Of a DNA stretch of 56,759 nt, positions 18,230-28,224 are shown in pieces. Within the stretch, counting starts at the first letter, position 1; every line of letters starts with the position of its first letter. The position numbers were made by a program, and so were the translations under genes. The stretch is from an uncultured Chloroflexia bacterium. Lineage in GTDB: Bacteria > Chloroflexota > Limnocylindria > Limnocylindrales > CSP1-4. A model generated the notes under the pieces. That model was given only the letters and a program-made list of their open reading frames with translations. It made no database searches and was not told where the DNA came from. The DNA lies in assembly GCA_963766735.1 (NCBI GenBank), contig CAVYBU010000018.1:1-56759 (forward strand), written 5' to 3'.

Positions 18230-19543
18230 ATGACGATCATGAGCCTCCTCCGATCCCGCCGGATCCTCGCCACCATCGCGCTGGCGGCCCTCGTGGGCGC
18301 CTGCGCGGGACCTGACCCGACCGCTCCGGCTACCGCCCCGGCATCGCCGGCAGCGACCACTCCCGCCGCATCGTCCACGGCATCGCCGGGGGAACCCACA
18401 ACCCCGCCCGAGTCCGCGCCCGCGCCCTCGTCCTCCGCCGCGCCCGATCGCCCGGACCTGGCCGGTGTCCGGGTGGCGCTGGATACGGTGGCGTCGGGGC
18501 TGAGCGCCCCGCTCTGGGCCACGGCCGCCGGCGACGGCTCGGGCCGCCTGTTCGTCGCCGAGCAGGGTGGCCGCATCCGCGTCGTCCTCGACGGCGCCCT
18601 GCTCGCGACGCCGTTCGTCGACCTGTCCGGCCAGGTCCTCGCCGAGGGCGAGCGCGGCTTCCTGGGCGTCGCGTTCGCACCCGGCTTCGGCACCAGCGAG
18701 ACGCGCTTCTACGTCCACTATTCGAACCCTTCCGGCGACACGACGATCGCCGAGCTGCAGGCGACCCCCGGGGCGGATACCGCGGACACGGCCACCGAGC
18801 GGATCCTGCTCGTCGAGCCACAGCCGTACGCCAACCACAACGGAGGCTGGATCGGGTTCGACGCGGCCGGCATGCTGCTCATCGGGCTGGGTGACGGGGG
18901 CAGTGGCGGGGACCCGGAGAACCGTGCCTCCCGCCTCGACACCCTCCTGGGCAAGATCCTCCGCCTGGACGTGCTGGGTGGGGCGACGGGCGGCCTCGAG
19001 TACGGGATCCCGGCCGACAACCCGTTCCTCGGCCGCTCGGATGCCCGCCCGGAAATCCTCCACTACGGCCTCCGCAATCCGTTCCGGGCGAGCGTGGATC
19101 CGGCCACCGGGACGCTCTGGATCGGCGACGTCGGCCAGAACACGTGGGAGGAGGTCGACGCCGCCGGGACCGACGCGCGCGGGCTCGATTTCGGCTGGCG
19201 CCGCTGGGAGGGCCGCCACTGCTACGAGCCCGCGCAGGGCTGTGATCCGGCCGGCGTGACCCAGCCCGTGGCGGAGTACGGTCACGGCGCCGGCTGCAGC
19301 GTCACCGGCGGGGTCGTGTACCGGGGCAGCGCCATCCCCGCGCTCCGCGGCGCATACCTGTTCTCGGACTACTGCAGCGGGACGCTGTGGGCGATCGATG
19401 CGGGCCTCGACGCCCAGCAGGCCCCGGTCACCCTGCTCGAGACCGGCCGCTCGATCAGCTCGATCGGGGTGGATGAGGCCGGTGAGGTGGTCCTCACGGA
19501 TCTCGGGGGCGGCGAGGTTCTGCGGCTGGTTCCCGCCGGCTGA
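18230..19543 (+). CDS. PQQ-dependent sugar/sorbosone dehydrogenase-family lipoprotein
   Basis: lipobox LVGAC, P/A/S linker, GERGFLG, NHNGG, GDGG, YGLRNP, GDVGQ. Confidence 0.9.
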   Translation: MTIMSLLRSRRILATIALAALVGACAGPDPTAPATAPASPAATTPAASSTASPGEPTTPPESAPAPSSSAAPDRPDLAGVRVALDTVASGLSAPLWATAAGDGSGRLFVAEQGGRIRVVLDGALLATPFVDLSGQVLAEGERGFLGVAFAPGFGTSETRFYVHYSNPSGDTTIAELQATPGADTADTATERILLVEPQPYANHNGGWIGFDAAGMLLIGLGDGGSGGDPENRASRLDTLLGKILRLDVLGGATGGLEYGIPADNPFLGRSDARPEILHYGLRNPFRASVDPATGTLWIGDVGQNTWEEVDAAGTDARGLDFGWRRWEGRHCYEPAQGCDPAGVTQPVAEYGHGAGCSVTGGVVYRGSAIPALRGAYLFSDYCSGTLWAIDAGLDAQQAPVTLLETGRSISSIGVDEAGEVVLTDLGGGEVLRLVPAG

Positions 19544-19596
19544 CGCTCGACCGGCCCGTCCGGCCAGGGCGGCACCGCGCCCAGACCGGGACGCCC

Positions 19597-20493
19597 TCAG
19601 GCGACAGCGCTCGCGTCCGTGGCCGCCGCAGCTCGCGCCGCGGGCGGTGAGACAGGCCGCAGGAAGAGCGCGAGCGTCACGACGACATACACAACCCACA
19701 CGACGACCGTCGCGACCTCCGGTCTCGAGGAGTACCCGAGCAGGGCGCGGAGGAACTGCCCCGCGACCAGCGGCAGGCCGTCCGGCGCACCCTCGATGGC
19801 CTTGTGGGGCAGAACCGACGAGACGTCGAACGCGGGCCCGGTCCCGACCGTGATCCAGCCGATCTCGATGAACTCGTGGACCGCACCCGAGAGGAGGCCC
19901 GCGGCAATGAAGATCAGCCCGATCCCGGTCCAGCGGAAGAACGTCCGCAGGTTGACGCGGCGCGCCCCGCGGTAGAGGCCGGCGCCGAGCAGCGCGGCGC
20001 TCACGAGGCCGACGACCGCACCGGCCATGACGCCTGTCGCGGCGCCCTCGGCCGAGGTGGCGAGGCCCACCAGGAACAGCGCCGTCTCGAGGCCCTCGCG
20101 GATGACCGCGGTGAAGGCGAGGATCACCAGACCCAGCACGGTCCCCTCGGACAGCGCCCGGTCCAGCGCGGCCTGCAGCTCGCCCTTGACCAAAGCCGCC
20201 TGGCGACGCATCCAGAACAGCATCCAGGTCACGACCGACGCCGCGAGCAGCATCGTCAGGCCCTCGAAGATCTGTTCGTACGGCTCCTCCAGCCCGCCGA
20301 CCGTCAGGTACAGCGCGAGACCCGCGAGCAGGCTGAGCAGCACGGCTGCGCCGGTCCCCAGCCAGATCCACCCGAAGTACCGGCGGTTCCCGGTCCGGGC
20401 GAGGTAGGCGAGGATGATGCTGACAATCAGCGCCGCCTCGACGCCCTCGCGAAGGCCGGTGAGCAGGCCGCTGGTGAAGGATCCCAAGTCCAC
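19597..20493 (-). CDS. FTR1/EfeU-family iron permease
   Basis: two REGxE motifs (LREGVEA, IREGLET); multiple TM helices. Confidence 0.92.
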   Translation of the reverse strand: MDLGSFTSGLLTGLREGVEAALIVSIILAYLARTGNRRYFGWIWLGTGAAVLLSLLAGLALYLTVGGLEEPYEQIFEGLTMLLAASVVTWMLFWMRRQAALVKGELQAALDRALSEGTVLGLVILAFTAVIREGLETALFLVGLATSAEGAATGVMAGAVVGLVSAALLGAGLYRGARRVNLRTFFRWTGIGLIFIAAGLLSGAVHEFIEIGWITVGTGPAFDVSSVLPHKAIEGAPDGLPLVAGQFLRALLGYSSRPEVATVVVWVVYVVVTLALFLRPVSPPAARAAAATDASAVA

Positions 20494-20689
20494 GTCTGGC
20501 TCCTGTGGAACGCCGGTGCGGGGCGCGGGGACGCCCGGCTGGTCGGAGCGTGAATGACTGGGATCGTAATTCGCTCGTCAACAAGCGTCAAGCGCGCTTG
20601 ATATCCAAATACAGGGTTCCCTGTAGGCCGAGGCGCCCGTGGCGGCCCGATCCCCCGTGGATCGGCACCGGTGGCCGCTCAGCGCCCAG

Positions 20690-23371
20690 CTACGCGACCA
20701 GCGGGTCTCCACCGTCCGGGTCGATACCCAGCTCGCGGATCGCCGCCGCGGCCGCCGCGGGATCGTACGCACCGGACCGGGCGAGGCCGGACAGCGCGGC
20801 CCCCGCGATGCTCGGCGGGTCGATCTCGAAGTGGGCCCGCAACGCCTCGCGGGTGTCGCTCCGGCCGAACCCGTCGGTCCCCAGCACCAGGTACGGCGCG
20901 GGCACCCACGGGGCAACCATGTCCGGCAGCGTCTTGACCCAGTCCGTGGCCACGATCACCGGACCGCCATCGGGTCCCAGCACCTGGGCGACGTACGGCA
21001 CCCGGGGCGCCTTGTCCGGGTTGAGCCGGTTCCAGCGCTCCACCTGGAGCGCGTCGTGGCGGAGCTGCTGGAAGGACGTGGCGGAGTAGATCTCGGCCGC
21101 GATCCCGAACTGCTCGGCGAGGAGATCTCGGGCGGCGATCACCTGCTGCATGATCGAGCCCGATCCCACGAGGCGGACGCGCCCCCTTGCGTCCGGGACC
21201 TCGGGCGCCGCCGCGAACCGGTACAGGCCGCGGACGATCCCGTCGCCGATACCATCCGGCCTGGCCGGCTGCGGGTAGTTCTCGTTGTAGACGGTGACGT
21301 AGTAGAAGACATCCTCGCCGTCCCCGTACATCCGCTCGATGCCGTCACGGATGACCGCCGCCAGCTCGTAGGCGAACGCCGGGTCGTATGCCCGGACCAC
21401 CGGCACGGTGGAGGCCAGGACGTGGGTATGGCCGTCGTCGTGCTGGAGGCCCTCTCCGGCGAGCGTCGTTCGCCCGGCGGTGGCCCCGATCATGAAGCCG
21501 CGGCCGCGCTGATCGCCGAACGCCCACACCTGGTCGCCGGTCCGCTGGAACCCGAACATCGAGTAGAAGATGTAGAAGGGGATCATCGGCTCGCCGTGGG
21601 TCGCGTACGACGTCCCGGCCGCCTGGAACGAGGCCATGGATCCTGCCTCGTTGATCCCCTCCTCCAGGACCTGGCCGTCGATCGATTCGCGGTAGGACAG
21701 CAGCAGGTCCGAGTCCACCGGATCGTATCGCTGGCCCTGGGCGGCGTAGATGCCGACCTCCTTGAACAGCGGGTCGAGGCCGAAGGTGCGCGCCTCGTCC
21801 GGGACGATGGGCACGATGCGCCGCCCGATCTCCGGCTCCCGGATCAGGTTGCGGAGGAGGCGCGCGAACACCATCGTCGTGGACACGGCTGTGGAGCTGC
21901 CGGCGGCGAACTCGCCGTCCACCTCGGGCGACGGGGCCGGGAGCCGGTTGGAGCGGACGACGCGGCGCGGCACGGGCCCGCCGAGGGCTGCGCGGCGCTC
22001 CCGCATGTAGCGCACCTCGTCCGAATCGGGACCCGGGTGATAGTACGGGGCCTCGTCCGTGATCTGGGCGTCGGGGATCGGGAGCTCCAGGCGATCGCGG
22101 AAGACGCGCAGCTCGTCCTCGCGCAGCTTCTTGGCCTGGTGGGTGATGTTGCGGGCCTCGACGCCGCGGCCCAGGGTCCAGCCCTTGACGGTCTTGGCGA
22201 GGATCACCGTCGGCGCGCCCCGGAACTCGGTCGCCGCCTTGTAGGCCGCATACACCTTGCGGTAGTCGTGCCCGCCGCGTCGCAGGTGCAGGAGGTCGTC
22301 GTCCGAGAGATGCTCCACCAGCCGGCGGAGGCGCGGATCCGGGCCGAAGAACTTCTCGCGCACGTACTCGCCGGTGGAGACCGAGTACTTCTGGAACTCG
22401 CCGTCCACCGTGGTGTTCATCTTCTCGACCAGGGCGCCATCCACGTCGCGCGCGAGGAGATCGTCCCACTCGCGGCCCCAGACGACCTTGACCACGTTCC
22501 AGCCGGCGCCCCGGAAGTGGCCCTCGAGCTCCTGGATGATCTTGCCGTTGCCGCGCACGGGGCCGTCCAGGCGCTGCAGGTTGCAGTTGACGACGAAGGT
22601 CAGGTTGTCCAGCCCGTCGCGGGCCGCGAGCGAGATCCCGGACATGGACTCCGGCTCGTCCATCTCGCCGTCACCGAGGTAGGCCCAGACCCGCTGCTGC
22701 GAGGTGTCCCGGATGCCACGGTTGTGCAGATAGCGGTTGAACCTCGCCTGGTAGACCGCCGCCAGGGGGCCGAGGCCCATCGACACCGTGGGGAACTCCC
22801 AGAAGTCCGGCATCAGGCGCGGATGCGGGTAGGAGCTGAGGCCCTGGCCGCCGGTCTCGCGCCGGTAGTGGTCGAGGTCGGTCTCGGACAGGCGTCCCTC
22901 GAGGAAGGCGCGGGCGTAGATGCCGGGCGCGGCGTGACCCTGGAAGAAGACCTGGTCCCCGCCGCCGGGATGGTCCTTGCCCAGGAAGAAGTGGTTGAAG
23001 CCCACCTCGTACAGGGTGGCCGCCGACGCGTAGGTCGACATGTGGCCGCCGATGCCCGGGAAGCGGACGTTCGCGCGCAGGACCATGGCCACGGCGTTCC
23101 AGCGGATCAGCCGGCGGATGCGGCGCTCCAGCTGCTCGTCGCCGGGGAAGTACGGCTCCTGCTCGGGGCTGATCGTGTTGATGTACCGGGTCTGGGTCAG
23201 GCTGGGGACGCCGATCTGGCGCTGTCGGGCCCGCTTGAGGAGCTTGAACATCAGGAACCGGGCGCGGTTCTCGCCGGCCTGGTCGAGGACCTGGTCGAGC
23301 GAGTCGAGCCACTCGCGGGTCTCGGCCTCGTCGATGTCGGGCAGATGCTGCTTGAAGTCGTCGATGTACAT
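20690..23371 (-). CDS. aceE: pyruvate dehydrogenase E1, homodimeric AceE type
   Basis: DIDEAETREWLDS, GGHMSTYAS, GDGEMDEPE, NCNLQRLDGPVRGNGK, YSMFGFQR, GEGLQH; GGAG SD before ATG 23371. Confidence 0.96.
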   Translation of the reverse strand: MYIDDFKQHLPDIDEAETREWLDSLDQVLDQAGENRARFLMFKLLKRARQRQIGVPSLTQTRYINTISPEQEPYFPGDEQLERRIRRLIRWNAVAMVLRANVRFPGIGGHMSTYASAATLYEVGFNHFFLGKDHPGGGDQVFFQGHAAPGIYARAFLEGRLSETDLDHYRRETGGQGLSSYPHPRLMPDFWEFPTVSMGLGPLAAVYQARFNRYLHNRGIRDTSQQRVWAYLGDGEMDEPESMSGISLAARDGLDNLTFVVNCNLQRLDGPVRGNGKIIQELEGHFRGAGWNVVKVVWGREWDDLLARDVDGALVEKMNTTVDGEFQKYSVSTGEYVREKFFGPDPRLRRLVEHLSDDDLLHLRRGGHDYRKVYAAYKAATEFRGAPTVILAKTVKGWTLGRGVEARNITHQAKKLREDELRVFRDRLELPIPDAQITDEAPYYHPGPDSDEVRYMRERRAALGGPVPRRVVRSNRLPAPSPEVDGEFAAGSSTAVSTTMVFARLLRNLIREPEIGRRIVPIVPDEARTFGLDPLFKEVGIYAAQGQRYDPVDSDLLLSYRESIDGQVLEEGINEAGSMASFQAAGTSYATHGEPMIPFYIFYSMFGFQRTGDQVWAFGDQRGRGFMIGATAGRTTLAGEGLQHDDGHTHVLASTVPVVRAYDPAFAYELAAVIRDGIERMYGDGEDVFYYVTVYNENYPQPARPDGIGDGIVRGLYRFAAAPEVPDARGRVRLVGSGSIMQQVIAARDLLAEQFGIAAEIYSATSFQQLRHDALQVERWNRLNPDKAPRVPYVAQVLGPDGGPVIVATDWVKTLPDMVAPWVPAPYLVLGTDGFGRSDTREALRAHFEIDPPSIAGAALSGLARSGAYDPAAAAAAIRELGIDPDGGDPLVA

Positions 23372-23555
23372 CGTGGCTCCGTGGACGCGGGGAACTGTCG
23401 CCCGGGCGGCGCCAAGGGTAGCCCCGATGACCACGGGACGCGGGTACGGGAGGGTTGCGATTGGGCGGTTTCGCACGGGGCGGGGGGTTCGTGCGGTGCG
23501 GGAGGGTCGGCTGCGCACGCGCGACGAACCCGGCCCGGCGCGGTAGGGTACGGCC

Positions 23556-24095
23556 ATGATCCGCCGTCTGCTGCTCCTCGCCGCCGTCATCGCGCTCAAG
23601 GCCTGGCTAGTGGAACGGTGGCTCGCCGGCCGCCGCGGAACCGGGGTGCCGGAGCCGCTCCACATGCTGACGATCGTCGACGCATCGCCCGAGGAGACCT
23701 GGGACGTCCTCGCGGACATCCCGCTCCAGCCGGAATGGATGCACGAGATGAAGGAGGTCCGGATGAGCACGCCCGGGCCCGCCCGCGTGGGCTCGAGGGG
23801 CGAGGCGACCGTGCGCATCTTCGGGATCGGGGTGACGGACCCCGTGGAGGTGACCGCGTTCGAGCCCCCCACGCGGTTTGCCATCCGGCACGAGGGCGTG
23901 TTCTCGGGCGAGGGCACCATCACCCTCGAGCCTGGTGCGGCGCGCACGACCACGATCGTGCGCTGGGACGAGACGCTGGTCCCGCCCCTGCTCCCGGAGC
24001 TCGGCACGCTGGTGCTGGCGCCCATCCTCCGTTCGATCTTCCAGGCGGATCTCCATCGCCTGAAGCGGCTGGTCGAGACCGGTTCCGCCGACTGA
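23556..24095 (+). CDS. SRPBCC (START-like) family protein with N-terminal hydrophobic segment
   Basis: VDASPEETWDVLADI...PEW, VTAFEPP, C-terminal helix DLHRLKRLVE. Confidence 0.8.
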   Translation: MIRRLLLLAAVIALKAWLVERWLAGRRGTGVPEPLHMLTIVDASPEETWDVLADIPLQPEWMHEMKEVRMSTPGPARVGSRGEATVRIFGIGVTDPVEVTAFEPPTRFAIRHEGVFSGEGTITLEPGAARTTTIVRWDETLVPPLLPELGTLVLAPILRSIFQADLHRLKRLVETGSAD

Positions 24096-24103
24096 GAAGG
24101 GCG

Positions 24104-25001
24104 ATGCAGCTCCATCTCGTCGACGCCACCTACGAACTCTTCCGCGCCCATTTCTCGCCGCGCCCACCGGTCCGGGGGCGCGACGGCATCGTCCTGTCCG
24201 GGGTCAGCGGCCTCGTGGAGCAACTGTGCTTCCTGGTTCGCAACCAGGGCGCGACGCATGTCGGATGCGCCACGGATCACGTGGTCCGCTCCTTCCGCAA
24301 CGACCTCTACCCGGACTACAAGTCCGAGGCGGGCATGGATCCGGCGATCCTCGCCCAGTTTCCCATCGCGGAGGCGGCCATCGAGGCGTTGGGCTTCGCC
24401 CTCTGGCCGATGGTCGAGCACGAGGCTGATGACGCGATCGCCGCTGCGGCCGAGCGATTTGCCGCCGATGATCGCGTCGAGCGCATCCTCATCTGCTCGG
24501 CGGACAAGGACATGGCGCAGTGCGTCCGCGGCGAGCGCGTCGTGCTCTGGGACCGCCGTCGGGACGTGATCTACGACGATGCCGGCGTCCGCGCGAAGTG
24601 GGGCGTGCCGCCCGCCAGCGTCCCGGACCGCCTGGCCCTCGTTGGCGACGCGTCGGACGGGTTCCCGGGCCTGCCGGGTTGGGGGGACAAGTCCGCGTCC
24701 GCCGTGCTGGCGCGCTACGGGCACCTCGAGGGGATCCCGGCTCATGCGAGCGAGTGGGACCTTCGCGGCCTGCGGAACCCGGTCGGTCTCGCGACCACGC
24801 TCCGCGAGCGGATGGACGAGGCGCTGCTCTACCGGGACCTCGCGCGCCTGCGCACGACCGCGGACGGCGTGCCGATCCCGCAGCATCGACGTCGACGAGC
24901 TCCGCTGGGACGGTGCCGACCGCGCCCGGTGGGAGGCATTCTGCGACGAGTGGGGGCTCCCGAGGCTGCGGGCGCGGCCGCCCCGCTGGCGCGAGGCCTA
25001 G
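24104..25001 (+). CDS. stand-alone 5'-3' exonuclease / flap endonuclease, frameshift near 24885
   Basis: HLVDATYELFRAHF, FRNDLYPDYK, EADDAIA, SADKD, LVGDASDGFPGLPGWGDKSA; tail DVDELRWDG...WREA* is in another frame. Confidence 0.88.
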
Positions 25002-25046
25002 CAGAACGGGCGCCGGGCGGCGCCGAAGGCGACGCGGGTCCCGGAC

Positions 25047-25895
25047 CTAGGCCGCAGGCTCCCGCGACAGGCGGAGCAGCTCGGCGTGGTGTGGTGCCGG
25101 CGCCGCCACGCACCCGAACATCCTCGTCGCGCGCGCGACGTCGAACCAGGGGCCGCCGTTCGCGTCCGTCACCACGGCTCCCGCCCGCTCCGCGATCAGG
25201 CCGGCCGCCGCGATATCCCACGCCGACATCCCACCCGACTGGACGTACCCGTCGAAGCGGCCGTGAGCGACGTAGGCCATCGCCAGCGCGGCGGAGCCCA
25301 TGTTCCGCGCCACGCGCACGGCGTGCCGCACGGCGCGAGCGCGGGTGGTCACGGACCGCCCGCCCAGCGCCATCGCGATCACGTAGTCGTCCAGGCGCTC
25401 CTTCACGGAGGCGCGGATGACCGTGTCGTTGAGCATCGCCGGGCCATCCGCGGTCGCCCAGAAGGTCTCCCCGCGCATCGGGTCGTGGACCGCGCCAGCC
25501 GACGGACGCCCGTCAATCACCAGCCCGATCGATACGCAGAAGTGCGGGAGCCCGTTCGCGTAGTTCACCGTGCCGTCCAGCGGGTCGATGACCCACGTCC
25601 TCCCGTGGGCGAGGCTCCGCACTGCCGACTCGACGCCGCCCTTGTGCTCGCCCGACTCCTCGGCCAGGATCCCGTCGCCGGGGAAGCGGTCCCGGATCGC
25701 GTCCATGATCAGCGCCTCGGACAGGTGGTCCACCTCGGTGACCACGTCCTTGGCGGACTTGTAGTCGATCTGCCCCACCCGCTCGTACCGGTCGAGCAGG
25801 ATCAGGCCGGCCCGTTCTGCGATCTCCCGGGCGAACGCGGCGTCCGCGGCGAAACGGTCCGGCGTGCTCCCCGTGTCCCCCACCGCGGCGGTCAC
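25047..25895 (-). CDS. inositol monophosphatase-family protein
   Basis: DVVTEVD, AEE, WVIDPLDGTVNY, WDIAAAGLI; GTGA overlap with upstream gene. Confidence 0.92.
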   Translation of the reverse strand: MTAAVGDTGSTPDRFAADAAFAREIAERAGLILLDRYERVGQIDYKSAKDVVTEVDHLSEALIMDAIRDRFPGDGILAEESGEHKGGVESAVRSLAHGRTWVIDPLDGTVNYANGLPHFCVSIGLVIDGRPSAGAVHDPMRGETFWATADGPAMLNDTVIRASVKERLDDYVIAMALGGRSVTTRARAVRHAVRVARNMGSAALAMAYVAHGRFDGYVQSGGMSAWDIAAAGLIAERAGAVVTDANGGPWFDVARATRMFGCVAAPAPHHAELLRLSREPAA

Positions 25896-26422
25896 GACTC
25901 GCAGTCCGCGTTGAGCGGCTTGGGCTCGGTGCCCAGCGAGCCCACCAGGACGTCGAACACGACCGTGGACCCGGGCTCCACGCGCGGGCTCTCGACGTAC
26001 GCCGCCTCGGGCCCGATGCCGCCGCGCGACGGGTCGTCGATCCGGCAGGTGGTGCTGCCCGCGGCCGTTCCGCCGTTGGTGACGCTGACCGTCACCTTGA
26101 GACCGGCCGCGTCCGCGACCACGTTGACGACCTCGGAGCGGAACGGGCCGATGCCGCTGATGCTGAGGCTGGCGACGACGGCCATGATCAGCACCGCCAC
26201 CACGATGCCGACGAACACCGTCCCGTGCGCCTGCGATGCCGAGGGTGCCCGCAGGCCCAGCGGGTTGCACCGCTCGCACATGGACTCGGCGAGCGGGATC
26301 CGGGCGCCGCATCGGACGCAGCCATGTGTGAGCACGGGCGTGGCGGGATCGGATGATGCGCGATCGGCGCCGGGCTCGGTCGGGGCGGGCTCGGTGGCGG
26401 CCGGGGTGGCCGGGGACGTCAT
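25892..26422 (-). CDS. hypothetical membrane protein with CxxC-CxxC zinc ribbon
   Basis: CVRC...CERC, one TM helix, beta-rich C-terminal domain with two Cys. Confidence 0.7.
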   Translation of the reverse strand: MTSPATPAATEPAPTEPGADRASSDPATPVLTHGCVRCGARIPLAESMCERCNPLGLRAPSASQAHGTVFVGIVVAVLIMAVVASLSISGIGPFRSEVVNVVADAAGLKVTVSVTNGGTAAGSTTCRIDDPSRGGIGPEAAYVESPRVEPGSTVVFDVLVGSLGTEPKPLNADCES

Positions 26423-26435
26423 CGGCAGCCGACCC

Positions 26436-27284
26436 CTACAGGCCCGTCTCGAAGATGCGGATGTCTGCCGGACCCGCGGCGTGACCGTCGCCCCGCGTGA
26501 ACCGGAGCGCTTCCTTCGCACCCAGCGCGTCGAGATCGGCCGGGAACCGTCCGACCATGTCCAGGACGACCTTGCGGATCCGATCGGCGTTCTGCTCGAA
26601 CACGGCCAGCACGTCGTGGGCGGTGACGGCCTGGGTCCCAGCGAGCACGCCCGCATCGTAGTCGGTGATCAGCGCGATGTTGACCACCGCCATGCCCAGC
26701 TCACGGCACAGGTACGCCTCGGGGTACTGGGTCATGTTGATGACCTCCCAGCCCGCGTCGCTGAACCACTTCGACTCGGCCTTGGTCGAGAACCGCGGGC
26801 CCTGGATCACGACCACCGTCCCGCCGTCGTGGACGGTGATGCCATGCTCGCGGATGACCTCGAGGGCGATCCCGCGCAGTACCGGGTCGTAGGTCTCGGC
26901 GGAGGAGACGTGCGACGAGATCGGCCCGTCGAAGAAGGTGTCGGCGCGACCGGTCGTCCGGTCCACGAACTGGTCGCTGACCACGAAGTGCCCGGGCTCC
27001 ACGTGGAGCTGGAGCGATCCCGCGGCGCAGGGGCTGATGACGGCCTTCACGCCCAACGAGCGCATCGCCCATACGTTGGCGCGGTAGTTGACCTTGTGGG
27101 GTGGGATCGAGTGGCTGCGGCCGTGGCGCGGCAGGAACGCGACCTTGCGGCCGGCGACCGTCGCCAGGAAGAAGCTGTCCGACGGCGGGCCGTACGGGGT
27201 ATCGATCTTCGCCTCCTGCACGTTCTCGAGCAGGGAGTAGAAGCCCGAGCCTCCGAAGACGCCGATCTCCGCCAAGTCCGCCAC
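26436..27284 (-). CDS. mtnP: S-methyl-5'-thioadenosine phosphorylase
   Basis: GVFGGSG, TPYG, FLPRHG, NYRAN, GPRFSTKAES, NMT..PEA, TDYD; AAGGAGG SD. Confidence 0.92.
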   Translation of the reverse strand: MADLAEIGVFGGSGFYSLLENVQEAKIDTPYGPPSDSFFLATVAGRKVAFLPRHGRSHSIPPHKVNYRANVWAMRSLGVKAVISPCAAGSLQLHVEPGHFVVSDQFVDRTTGRADTFFDGPISSHVSSAETYDPVLRGIALEVIREHGITVHDGGTVVVIQGPRFSTKAESKWFSDAGWEVINMTQYPEAYLCRELGMAVVNIALITDYDAGVLAGTQAVTAHDVLAVFEQNADRIRKVVLDMVGRFPADLDALGAKEALRFTRGDGHAAGPADIRIFETGL

Positions 27285-27400
27285 TGGTCCAAACCTCCTT
27301 CGTCGAATGCCGCGGGCATTCTCGCACGTGTGCCGCGACCCTTACGATGACGCCCACGGAACCGGCCGGCCGGCCGGGCACGGAACGGGAGTCCTGCGTC

Positions 27401-27760
27401 ATGACCCTCGACCTGGGTGGCTGGAATGCCTTCGGGATCGTCGCCGCGCTCGCGATCGCCGCGGGCAGCATCCTGCTCGTCGCCTACGCCGTCCGTCGGG
27501 GCCTCGTCCACCGGGACCTGGACGGAACGATCGCAACCGCGGGCGCCGAAGGGACGGCACCTCCCGCCGCGGGCAGCCCGGCTGCTCCGTCGCGCACCCT
27601 GGGCCTCGCGGGGGTGACGCTCCTCGTCGCCGGGATCGCGCTCGCGCTGGTCGGCTTCGCCACCAGCCCTGCCGATCCGGCCGCAACCGGCCCCGGCAAG
27701 GCGCCGGCCGACTGCGCCCAGTCCTGGGACGGTTGCCCGCAGGCGACACCCAACCCGTAG
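27401..27760 (+). CDS. hypothetical two-TM membrane protein
   Basis: GGGAG SD; two hydrophobic helices; C-terminal DCAQSWDGCP. Confidence 0.65.
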   Translation: MTLDLGGWNAFGIVAALAIAAGSILLVAYAVRRGLVHRDLDGTIATAGAEGTAPPAAGSPAAPSRTLGLAGVTLLVAGIALALVGFATSPADPAATGPGKAPADCAQSWDGCPQATPNP

Positions 27761-27788
27761 CGGCGCGCCTCGGGGCTACCATGACCCC

Positions 27789-28220
27789 ATGCCCCAGCCT
27801 TCTGCCACCCTGTCCGCCGCCGCCCGCGCCTTCCTGGCGGCCCCCCGTTTCGCATCCGTCGCCACGGCCGACGACGACGGCGCCCCCCGCCAGACAGTCG
27901 TCTGGTATCGCGTCCAGCCCGACGGCCGGATCCTGCTCAACGGACGGCTCCCCAGGCGCTGGTGTGCCAACCTCCTGCGCGAGCCGCGGGTATCGATCTC
28001 GGTCATCGACAGCGACAGCGGCTACCGCTGGCTGGGCCTCACGGGGGTCGTGGACGAGGTGGTCGACGACGTGGAGCCCGCGCGAGATCACATCGTTCAG
28101 CTTGCCCAGCGCTACCACCCCGAGGGCCCGAGCGAGTCGCTGATCGCTGAGTTCCGTTCCCAGCCACGGATCACGTACCTCATCCGGATCACGGGCGCCC
28201 ACGACCACCTGGAGGACTGA
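27789..28220 (+). CDS. PPOX-class (pyridoxamine 5'-phosphate oxidase-like) F420-dependent oxidoreductase
   Basis: FASVAT..DDGAP..TVVWY, NLLREPRVS; F420 context. Confidence 0.85.
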   Translation: MPQPSATLSAAARAFLAAPRFASVATADDDGAPRQTVVWYRVQPDGRILLNGRLPRRWCANLLREPRVSISVIDSDSGYRWLGLTGVVDEVVDDVEPARDHIVQLAQRYHPEGPSESLIAEFRSQPRITYLIRITGAHDHLED

Positions 28221-28224
28221 GGCA

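Noticed and set aside
20552-20572. Fur or DtxR box upstream of FTR1
   Set aside because: AATGACTGGGATCGTAATT matches either consensus too weakly to call.
20639-25420. 1593-aa plus-strand ORF, and similar long ORFs at 17735-20584, 7523-10015, 35502-38417, 12004-14418 and 39509-41809
   Set aside because: Stop-poor shadow frames of high-GC genes. Only 24104-24885 of the 1593-aa ORF is real (exonuclease); the rest is antisense to aceE or out of frame.
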